Assembly: GCF_963920895.1 (NCBI RefSeq)
Contig: NZ_CAWUDE010000012.1
Coordinates: 1-40,000, forward strand
DNA length: 40,000 nt
Reading direction: 5' to 3'
Source of the DNA: Anabaena sp. CCY 9613
GTDB taxonomy: Bacteria; Cyanobacteriota; Cyanobacteriia; Cyanobacteriales; Nostocaceae
Position 1 is the stretch's first letter; each line of letters opens with the position of its first letter. The position numbers and the translations under genes were made by a program. Of this stretch, positions 1-7,951 are shown one piece after another. The notes beneath the pieces were generated by a model. The model saw only the letters and a list, made by a program, of their open reading frames with translations, was not told the origin of the DNA and did no database searches.

Positions 1-249
1 CAGGTTGCTAAGTTGACCAATTTCCGGTGGCAGACTGCTCAGTTGATTAAAGCCGAGGTGGAGCGATCGCAGGTTGCTAAGTTGACCAATTTCCGGTGGC
101 AGACTGCTCAGTTGATTAAAGCCGAGGTGGAGCGATCGCAGGTTGCTAAGTTGACCAATTTCCGGTGGCAGACTGCTCAGTCTACTATCGCTGAGGTCGA
201 GCGATCGCAGGTTGGTGAGTTGACCAATTTCCGGTGGCAGAGTTGTTAA
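1..249. repeat. 69-bp tandem repeat, about 3.6 copies (the DNA encoding the LRR units)
   Basis: The unit beginning CAGGTTGCTAAGTTGACCAATTTCCGGTGGCAG restarts at 1, 70, 139 and 208. Copies 1 and 2 look identical by eye, and copies 3 and 4 differ in short patches. Each full unit contains one HIP1 site (GCGATCGC). Confidence 0.95.
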
Positions 250-363
250 ACCTTTGCCAGAAAGTTTTAATTCTGTCACCTGATCTCTGAGTTTTAATTC
301 TGTCACCTGATCTCTGACGGCTTTTCTAATGATTTGCAGTAGCAGCAGTTCTTCGTGATTCAT
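1..363 (-). CDS. Leucine-rich-repeat (LRR) protein, N-terminal 121 codons; the gene continues past the left edge of the window (Roco/COR-type LRR N-terminus is plausible)
   Basis: Absent from the ORF track because it runs off the window. The reverse complement of 363..1 starts with ATG and reads MNHEELLLLQIIRKAVRDQVTELKLRDQVTELKLSGKGLTTLPPEIGQLTNLRSLDLSDSRLSSLPPEIGQLSNLRSLHLGFNQLSSLPPEIGQLSNLRSLHLGFNQLSSLPPEIGQLSNL with no stop. The 23-aa units LxxLPPEIGQLxNLxxLxLxxNxL are canonical bacterial LRRs. Confidence 0.8.
   Translation of the reverse strand, partial: MNHEELLLLQIIRKAVRDQVTELKLRDQVTELKLSGKGLTTLPPEIGQLTNLRSLDLSDSRLSSLPPEIGQLSNLRSLHLGFNQLSSLPPEIGQLSNLRSLHLGFNQLSSLPPEIGQLSNL
264..317. 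repeat. Perfect 27-bp tandem duplication (2 copies) inside the LRR gene
   Basis: GTTTTAATTCTGTCACCTGATCTCTGA occurs at 264-290 and again at 291-317. It is in frame on the minus strand and duplicates the nine residues LRDQVTELK. Confidence 0.95.
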
Positions 364-598
364 TGGGAGTTGTTATACAGGTATGTCGATGAGTTACTGC
401 TTAGACACGCAGTAGAGAAATTTAGCTAATTAATAATGTAACTTGTATCAATACTAAGTGCTTAGTAAAAAAGTTAAGGCTTGCTATCAGTGCAAGGTGT
501 AATTTTAGTCCAGTTAATAAACTGGCCAGATTATTTATACCAGTAAAACTATTAATGAATAGAATCACATTAAAGCACTTAATTTTAGGTAAAAAAAT

Positions 599-883
599 AT
601 GCAAACAATTAATCCAGCAAAAGACAGTGCAGCGTGGATTATTCAAACATGGGCTGCTTTTTTATTCTCTATATCGATGACCACTTTCGGTATTGTCAAC
701 TTACCTGTTGATAACTGGGTCAAAGGATTCATGGGTATGGGTTTGGCATTTTCTATTGGCTCAAGTTTTACATTGGCAAAAACCACTAGAGACTTACATG
801 AAACCAAAAGATTAACCGCGAGGATTGATGAAGCGAAAGTAGAAAAATTGCTTTCCCAGCATGATCCACTCAATTTCAAATGA
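599..883 (+). CDS. Small inner-membrane protein, YiaA/YiaB two-helix family-like
   Basis: ATG ORF of 94 aa with two hydrophobic helices. WIIQTWAAFLFSISMTTFGIV and GFMGMGLAFSIGSSFTLAKTTRD resemble the YiaAB motif. A hairpin follows at 901-919. Confidence 0.7.
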   Translation: MQTINPAKDSAAWIIQTWAAFLFSISMTTFGIVNLPVDNWVKGFMGMGLAFSIGSSFTLAKTTRDLHETKRLTARIDEAKVEKLLSQHDPLNFK

Positions 884-900
884 GAAACAAAAACAATAAA

Positions 901-919
901 GGACTGGTAATACCAGTCC
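901..919. terminator. Candidate bidirectional terminator hairpin between convergent genes
   Basis: GGACTGGTA-A-TACCAGTCC forms perfect 9-bp inverted arms. It lies 18 nt after the stop of 599..883 and 27 nt after the stop of 946..1407. Confidence 0.5.
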
Positions 920-945
920 CCTACTTTGTATATTGAACTTTTTTA

Positions 946-1407
946 TTAAAGGGATTTTTTGCTTTTTAACTTGCGTTTTTTACGTCGCCGTTCAGCAGCA
1001 GCTACAGCTTGTTCTACAGGGTAACCCACCACAGGGATGACCTGATATTTGCGCTCTTCTTCTAACTTTTTCAGTTCAGTGTAATCAACCCAATGGATGC
1101 AATCAACTGGACAAGTATCAATCGCTTCTTGGATTAGTTCTTCTCCATCTCCATCTTGGCGAATCACACGCGATCGCCCATAATCTGGTTCAATGTAGAA
1201 GGTATTACGCGCAACGTGAGCGCAGTGTAAACAGCCAATACAGGTGATTTCGTCAACGTAAACACCCTTTTGACGCACCACACCGCCTAATTCCGGTTCT
1301 AAACCAGAGCGTTCTGGGTCGTCTCGTAAAAAACCACCTAACTCTGGTTCTAAACCGGAACGATTGTCGTCTGCTTGTTCATCCGGCGACGGCAGAAAAT
1401 CAGCCAT
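946..1407 (-). CDS. 4Fe-4S single-cluster ferredoxin-domain protein with a basic C-terminal tail
   Basis: 153 aa. Cluster motif CIGCLHC (CxxCxxC) plus a distal CPVDC. The N-terminus carries a duplicated RSGLEPELGG decapeptide and the C-terminus is lysine/arginine-rich (RRRKKRKLKSKK). Its ATG overlaps the stop of the upstream ycf35 gene (TAATG at 1405-1409). Confidence 0.85.
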   Translation of the reverse strand: MADFLPSPDEQADDNRSGLEPELGGFLRDDPERSGLEPELGGVVRQKGVYVDEITCIGCLHCAHVARNTFYIEPDYGRSRVIRQDGDGEELIQEAIDTCPVDCIHWVDYTELKKLEEERKYQVIPVVGYPVEQAVAAAERRRKKRKLKSKKSL

Positions 1408-1793
1408 TACGCACTCCAGCGTTGTACTACCAGGCGAATCGAACCATCTTGATTGTTTTGTTGTTCAGCTACTTGAAAACCGACACGTGCAGTTTCTTTG
1501 ACAACTGTTTGGTAAGCATAGCGCTGTGTTACTTGGCGTAAGAACCCGTCTACAGACAAACCTTGTTGCCAATATTGCAAATCAGCTACCAACTCATATT
1601 CCTTGCCATTCCATCTAAAACCGATGTCATAGCCGTTTTCCTGTTCAATAGTTACTTCCGCAGGATGAGTTTGACCGCGATAGCCGCGTACTTCCCTGGG
1701 GCCTGGTTTCCAGTCTATGCCCAACTCAGTCAGAGCATCTTTTAAAGAGTCAAGGTTACGGATTTGAGTCTTAATTTGGCTAAAGTGTGACAT
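1407..1793 (-). CDS. ycf35: Ycf35 / DUF1257 family protein
   Basis: 128 aa starting MSHFSQIKTQIRNLDSLKDALTELGIDWK, which matches my recollection of cyanobacterial and plastid Ycf35 (DUF1257). It is translationally coupled to the downstream ferredoxin gene. Confidence 0.85.
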   Translation of the reverse strand: MSHFSQIKTQIRNLDSLKDALTELGIDWKPGPREVRGYRGQTHPAEVTIEQENGYDIGFRWNGKEYELVADLQYWQQGLSVDGFLRQVTQRYAYQTVVKETARVGFQVAEQQNNQDGSIRLVVQRWSA

Positions 1794-1832
1794 GGCGGTT
1801 GTTAGTAAATGACGCTAAACTTTTGAGAAAAC

Positions 1833-2057
1833 TTACCAATCGCTGTAGGTGGCTTGCGTATTTGCCACAGCAGACTGCTGCTGCACCTGAGCAGCAAAAA
1901 ATTCCGAGGTTGGCTCATGACTAAGTACTTGTCCCAGCTGTGCCTCTATTGCTGCTGTAACCTCAGCGCAAGAATTACCCACAATGCCAGTGACTTTCTC
2001 TTGTACCCGACCGTCTGGATAAATTATGAACTCTAATGTCTCCATGCTTTTGGCCAA
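1833..2057 (-). CDS. DUF2997-like small protein
   Basis: 74 aa. The N-terminus LEFIIYPDGRVQEKVTGIVGNSCAEVTAAIEAQLGQV fits the DUF2997 pattern, which usually lies next to DUF1257 in cyanobacteria. It ends 39 nt upstream of the ycf35 start. Confidence 0.75.
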   Translation of the reverse strand: MAKSMETLEFIIYPDGRVQEKVTGIVGNSCAEVTAAIEAQLGQVLSHEPTSEFFAAQVQQQSAVANTQATYSDW

Positions 2058-2586
2058 CCACGATAGTACGCTTGAATTGTACTGCCTTAGCAGCAGGCTA
2101 CGTATATAGCCTTCGGAACATTGTTACTTAGATATAAAATTGCCATTTGTTAACTAATGTTGCATCTCTCGAAATATATATCTCAGAATCTTTACAAAAT
2201 TTATTAATATTATAAGCACACACGTCAGTTATTAGTTAGTTTCTCTTAACCTCATCGATTAGTCAAGTTGATGATTAATTGGGCAAAGTAAGTATTAAAA
2301 TCCCGAAAAACCAGCGCTAGCAGCAGTATAGCTAGCTATGTGATTTACAAAAATATACGTTTTATTGAAAAAATTTATCATTATTATTGAACTTATACTA
2401 TTCTTGCCATAGCTAGATTCAATGCTGGGTAGTGTCCCCCCAGAGGATTATTTTATTGATTTTATTGATGCGATCGCCTGAGGAAGATGAATTAAATATC
2501 ATGCAAATCTAATTTTTGACCTCACCCAGTTTGATTTTAACTGGTAGTGGACTGATAAGTCTAACATGGTTGTGATAGATATAACT

Positions 2587-2642
2587 CTTGTAATGCGGGC
2601 ATCTTGCCTGCACCGGACGAGCGAGACGCCCATGCTACAAGA
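2587..2642. repeat. GC-rich imperfect hairpin repeat of the Nostoc dispersed-repeat type
   Basis: CTTGTAATGCGGGCATCTTGCCTGCACC...GCCCATGCTACAAG has partly complementary ends and is embedded in otherwise very AT-rich DNA. A related motif (GACAACCCACCCTACAAATAA) lies near 2738-2760. The family assignment is from memory only. Confidence 0.4.
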
Positions 2643-3245
2643 TAAATTTAATGCCACATTTTAGCCTTGACACGCCAGGAGGGTGCTTTATGGACTTTAC
2701 CTAACGCACCGAAAATATTGATAATGCCTTGCGCTGGGCGACAACCCACCCTACAAATAATTTACATTCCTTCATGTACATTATTGAATTTTTCTCACCA
2801 ATTTACTTAGTTACAACAGGGTTTTCTGGAAGCAAAAAGATAAATAATCTAAATAAATTTAAAAATATGAAAAACTTGCTTAATTTTATACCCTCTAAAG
2901 TTACTGCTTTTTTATGAAAATTCTTTGCAATACTTAACTTTTTTCTAATTAAAAAAAATAAATATAGATTAAAAATAATAACTAACATAATAATTTATGA
3001 AGTTTATTAGGCTAGATTAAGAGTATGCTTAATCGTTGAAGCCTAGTTCAAAGTTTGGATAAATAGGTACAAAAAACTAAATAATTATTAATTATTTGTC
3101 ATGTGTTTAAGTGCTAATAGCTAATGATTAAAAGTTTATTTGTACCAGACTTAGGAACTAGGTTATTGAGCCAGGCGTTGGAAACTTCAACTGAGCCAAG
3201 TAATAAGAGCAAACACCAAAGCAACCTTAACCACAAGAAGTAACA

Positions 3246-4097
3246 ATGATTGAAAAAATTTTGCTAGCGGTTTCTGGCTTGGGACATGCAGAAGAAATGC
3301 TCAAAACCTTAAAAGAAATGCCATCTATCCAATCTGCAAAAGTGACAGTTTTGCATGTTGTCTCTGCCCAAAGTACTGCGGCGGCTATGACAGATAAATG
3401 GGAAGAAGGTGGCAAAATCCTGGCTAATGCTATTCAGTCTCTGAATTTAGATCCCAGTCAGGTTTCTTCCATTTTGCGGCAAGGTGACCCCAAAGACGTA
3501 GTTTGTCAAGTAGCAGATGAAATAGATGCTGACTTAATTATTATGGGTTCACGTGGACTTAAGCGTCTACAATCAATTTTATCTAACTCAGTTAGTCAGT
3601 ATGTTTTCCAACTGTCTTCTCGTCCCATGCTGCTGGTAAAAGACGACATTTATGTCAAGAGAATTAAGCGTGTAATGGTGGCGATGGATAATTCTGATTC
3701 TGCAAAACACTGCTTAAGTTTAGCTTTGTTCTTGTTAAGAGATATTCCAGGTGGCCAGTTAATTTTGACTAATGTAACTACAGATTTGCGTGGTAAAACA
3801 TCTGAAGTTACGGAAATTGTCCCCGACAAAAGTTCAGCGTTGGGATCTGCGGTTGCGGAAGCACAAAAGTATGGTGTCCAAACACGTTGTTTTACCAGTA
3901 GCGGTAAACCAGGTGAAGAAATCTGCCGTTTAGCAGAAGAATTAAATACAGACTTATTATTACTCGGATCTCCAGACCGTCGGCCATCGGTGGCTAAGAG
4001 TTTTGTTGATATAGACAGACTCATAGGCGCTTCTTTGTCTGACTATGTTCGAGTTAATGCTACTTGTCCGGTTTTGTTGGCGCGGACAGTAGCTTAA
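3246..4097 (+). CDS. Universal stress protein with two tandem Usp domains
   Basis: 283 aa. Each half has the Usp layout: (I/V)LLAV/MVAMD strand, then DLIIMGSRGLKRLQSILSNSVSQYV or DLLLLGSPDRR...GASLSDYV, then P(M/V)LLV. A hairpin follows. Confidence 0.9.
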   Translation: MIEKILLAVSGLGHAEEMLKTLKEMPSIQSAKVTVLHVVSAQSTAAAMTDKWEEGGKILANAIQSLNLDPSQVSSILRQGDPKDVVCQVADEIDADLIIMGSRGLKRLQSILSNSVSQYVFQLSSRPMLLVKDDIYVKRIKRVMVAMDNSDSAKHCLSLALFLLRDIPGGQLILTNVTTDLRGKTSEVTEIVPDKSSALGSAVAEAQKYGVQTRCFTSSGKPGEEICRLAEELNTDLLLLGSPDRRPSVAKSFVDIDRLIGASLSDYVRVNATCPVLLARTVA

Positions 4098-4124
4098 CAT
4101 CACAATCAGTTTTGCGGTTGGTCA

Positions 4125-4159
4125 ACAAAAAACCCCTGCACCAATGGTGTTGGGGTTTT
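4125..4159. terminator. Bidirectional rho-independent terminator candidate between the usp gene (+) and psbM (-)
   Basis: AAAAAA-CCCCTGCACC-AAT-GGTGTTGGGG-TTTTT. The stem matches 8 of 10 positions and is flanked by an A-run and a T-run, so it can terminate in both directions. Confidence 0.6.
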
Positions 4160-4176
4160 TCATATTATGCACAAAT

Positions 4177-4293
4177 GTCAAGAATCTTTTCCACCTTCAC
4201 GGCTAGCAGTTTGGATGTAAAGAACTATTAAAAACACTGCGGGAACTAATACGAACAGAATGCTCGCTACGAACCCTAGGTCATTCACTTGCA
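4177..4293 (-). CDS. psbM: Photosystem II reaction centre protein M
   Basis: Below the ORF-track size cut-off. Hand translation gives [38 protein letters not shown] (38 aa), which matches the conserved PsbM sequence pattern MQVNxLGFxAxxLFVLVPxVFLxxLYxQT. Confidence 0.85.
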
Positions 4294-4390
4294 TAGCAAG
4301 AAAGCCTCTCTTTAATTTTAGTTTCCAGTCAACAACTTTAGAATAGCATTATCGATGCCTGTGTTCATCCAATTTTTTTTACTTTCTTAG

Positions 4391-4687
4391 CTAGGGCTTT
4401 GTGACTACGCTAACTGGCCCATTGACTAAGGTTTGACAAGCTAGGCGATAATTATCGGGCTTTTTCTGAAATTTGCGGTTTTCTACATCTGTACGCGGGG
4501 AAAGATTTTCCATTCCTTCAACTATTTCGACAATACAAGTACCACATTGACCATTGCCATTACAATTGGTCATCTTGCCGATGAATTTATATATATCAAT
4601 GTCATTTTGCATGGCCTTGAGTCGAAGATTAGCCCCATCCGCCGCAATTACTTCTTTATCTTCTTTGACAAATTTGATGTTACCCAT
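4391..4687 (-). CDS. 2Fe-2S ferredoxin-like iron-sulfur protein
   Basis: 98 aa. It has the cysteine pattern [10 protein letters not shown] plus a distal LACQT, with a beta-grasp-type length. Confidence 0.8.
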   Translation of the reverse strand: MGNIKFVKEDKEVIAADGANLRLKAMQNDIDIYKFIGKMTNCNGNGQCGTCIVEIVEGMENLSPRTDVENRKFQKKPDNYRLACQTLVNGPVSVVTKP

Positions 4688-4822
4688 AGCAGATTGATTC
4701 CTCTTTGACTTTAGATGTGGCTGGAAAGGCGGATTTGTGGATAGGTTCTATACTCATCCTACTGAACTTATGGTAGGTTATTACAAAATATTAAGAAATA
4801 TCAAGTTTTAAAAAATAATTCT

Positions 4823-4852
4823 CAAAAAATAGGACAGGTAAAATACCTGCCC
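4823..4852 (-). terminator. Rho-independent terminator of psbK
   Basis: The minus strand reads GGGCAGGTA-TTT-TACCTGTCC (9-bp stem with one G-U pair) followed by TATTTTTTG. It starts about 22 nt after the psbK stop. Confidence 0.65.
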
Positions 4853-4874
4853 TAGTAATTGATCATGAATTAAC

Positions 4875-5012
4875 TTATCTAAATCCAACTGCTGCTTGCC
4901 ATACAAAAGCTAGCAACAAAAAGAAGACAGGAATAATTGGGAGAACATCTACCAAGGGGTCGAATATTTGATAAGCTTCAGGCAATTTGGCTAACAACAA
5001 TGCTGCTTCCAT
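4875..5012 (-). CDS. psbK: Photosystem II reaction centre protein K (precursor)
   Basis: Below the ORF-track cut-off. Hand translation gives [45 protein letters not shown] (45 aa), essentially the canonical cyanobacterial PsbK sequence. Confidence 0.9.
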   Translation of the reverse strand: MEAALLLAKLPEAYQIFDPLVDVLPIIPVFFLLLAFVWQAAVGFR

Positions 5013-5139
5013 GTTCTTTTAAATCCACCGATCCAACACAGTATTCATAATTGAGATGTATCTTAACATGGTTTGGGTATTGGGAATTGGAGATTGAATA
5101 CTGGGTATTTAATCTTTTGGGATTGAAAAATTCTTTCCC

Positions 5140-6288
<1,149 letters not shown>

Positions 6289-6349
6289 CTAGATTATAAG
6301 CAATACTTGCGTTCATTTTCTCAAACGCCTTCAGGCTGGCAACTTGAGA

Positions 6350-7813
6350 TTAATTATTGACATTTCTTGGTTTTGGCAACAACCAAAGTAATACTATGCC
6401 AGAAATAATCCCACCAAACCAACCACCTAAAACATTAGTTAATATCCACCAACTAGACTTAGGAACAAATGGCCGCAGTACCAACCATTGCCCGAAACCA
6501 ACAATTAATCCGTGTACAGCAGCAAAATGTATCCAGTTATTTAACCCCACCAAGTAAAAAGGAATTATAAAAGCTAAAGTAGTTACTAATATCCACGACC
6601 AAGCCGGAAAGGACACCTGTCGGCGCAGTACAAACCATTGCTTGACTCCCACAGCTAATCCCCAAAAACAAACAGCCGCCAAATTACCTGCGATAAGCCC
6701 GAAGGGCATAGCTACGCTTATCGCAACAACATTAAAACCCAAAAAAAAGCCCCCAGCGTAACCAAAAACATTGGCTAACAACCACTGAGCATAAAAGCCC
6801 AATTGCATTTTGGGGAGTTGAATTGATGTCAGTGGTTTGATAGTAGGAATTAATTTCTTTGGTAGCAGAGAAACGGCTGAACTATGCCGGGGTGCAATAA
6901 AAGACGATAATTCATATGGTGTGGCTTGAAGCTGACTCGAATGAAGCAGCGGTTTGTATGTTTGAGTCCTTGAATATTGCTTGAGTACGAAAGGATCAGC
7001 CAAAGCTTGCACCGCCGTTAAAGCTTCTGCGGCTGATTTGTATCGCTGGCGAAAGTCGTAGCGCACCATTTTATCTAAAACATCTGCCAACTGTGGATTT
7101 ACAGGTGCTAGATCACGCCAAATCATCTCCGCGCTGTGGGCATCTTCTGGGATATCTTCAGGCATTAATCCTGTCAAAGCTTGAATGCCAATCATGCCTA
7201 CAGCATAAATATCGCTGCTGAATCTGGGACTACCTCGACTTTGTTCGCTAGGCATGTAACCTGGTGTGCCAATACTGACAGTAATTCTTGTTTGTCCTTG
7301 AGGACTCACCAACTGAGTGCTAATTTGTTTAACTGCCCCAAAATCGATGAGAACGATTTGTCCATCACTGTGGCGGCGAATTAAGTTAGGGGGCTTAATA
7401 TCTCGGTGAATGACATTATTTTTATGGACAAAGACTAAAGGTTGGAGGATATGCTGCAAGAGGTTAATCACATAACCTTCATTCCAATGTTTACCTGGTG
7501 TCAGTTCGCGGCTTAAAGGATGCCCGGCAATAAATTGCTGAACTAAATAAAATTCCTGATTTTCTTCAAAATGAGCTAGTAGTTGCGGTATTTGATCGTG
7601 GTTCCCTAATGTGTGTAGTAACCGGGATTCAGTATCAAATAACCGTCTAGCTAACCGCAGAGTCCCAGGGTCAGTTGATTGTGGCTTGAGTTGTTTAACA
7701 ACACAAGTCGTATTGTAAAGTTTGGTGTCTTCAGCTATGTATGTTTGACTAAAACCACCAGTACCTAAAGCTTGAATAATGTTATAGCGTCCGTCTAGTA
7801 AATGACCCAACAT
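6350..7813 (-). CDS. Hanks-type Ser/Thr protein kinase with a C-terminal multi-pass membrane domain
   Basis: 487 aa. Kinase motifs LGTGGFSQTY, VVKQL, HRDIKPPN, DFG and GTPGYMPSEQ occupy the first ~270 aa. The last ~150 aa are hydrophobic and contain an internally repeated W-rich module. Confidence 0.9.
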   Translation of the reverse strand: MLGHLLDGRYNIIQALGTGGFSQTYIAEDTKLYNTTCVVKQLKPQSTDPGTLRLARRLFDTESRLLHTLGNHDQIPQLLAHFEENQEFYLVQQFIAGHPLSRELTPGKHWNEGYVINLLQHILQPLVFVHKNNVIHRDIKPPNLIRRHSDGQIVLIDFGAVKQISTQLVSPQGQTRITVSIGTPGYMPSEQSRGSPRFSSDIYAVGMIGIQALTGLMPEDIPEDAHSAEMIWRDLAPVNPQLADVLDKMVRYDFRQRYKSAAEALTAVQALADPFVLKQYSRTQTYKPLLHSSQLQATPYELSSFIAPRHSSAVSLLPKKLIPTIKPLTSIQLPKMQLGFYAQWLLANVFGYAGGFFLGFNVVAISVAMPFGLIAGNLAAVCFWGLAVGVKQWFVLRRQVSFPAWSWILVTTLAFIIPFYLVGLNNWIHFAAVHGLIVGFGQWLVLRPFVPKSSWWILTNVLGGWFGGIISGIVLLWLLPKPRNVNN

Positions 7814-7927
7814 AAGGGCGATCGCCTAGCAAGTTAACAGATGTATTGTAGCTTCCTAGCGATATATTCGGTATCTGGGTGTGGGGATAGGAAGATGGGG
7901 AAAGGATATTTCTGACTAATTCTCTAA

Positions 7928-7950
7928 CCCCTAGCCTCTAGCCCCTAGCC
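7928..7950. repeat. STRR-like heptamer run CCCCTAG/CCTCTAG abutting the clpB stop codon
   Basis: CCCCTAG CCTCTAG CCCCTAG CC lies directly next to the clpB stop (7952-7954). A G-rich counterpart (GGGTGTGGGGATAGGAAGATGGGGAAAGG) lies at about 7876-7905. Confidence 0.85.
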
Positions 7951-7951
7951 C

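Noticed and set aside
13-249. Plus-strand 78-aa ORF (MTNFRWQTAQLIKAEVERSQVAKL repeats) from the track
   Set aside because: It is the antisense reading of the 69-bp repeats. The minus strand gives canonical LRR units with a proper ATG at 363, so the plus-strand ORF is an artefact of the repeat staying open in several frames.
422-879. Minus-strand ORFs 422..646 and 643..879
   Set aside because: 643..879 is antisense to the better-supported YiaAB-like gene. 422..646 covers AT-rich promoter DNA and has no motifs.
2729-2988. ORFs 2729..2917 (+) and 2803..2988 (-) in the AT-rich gap
   Set aside because: They overlap each other, are Lys/Asn/Phe/Ile-rich low-complexity translations of AT-rich DNA, and lack plausible start contexts or motifs.
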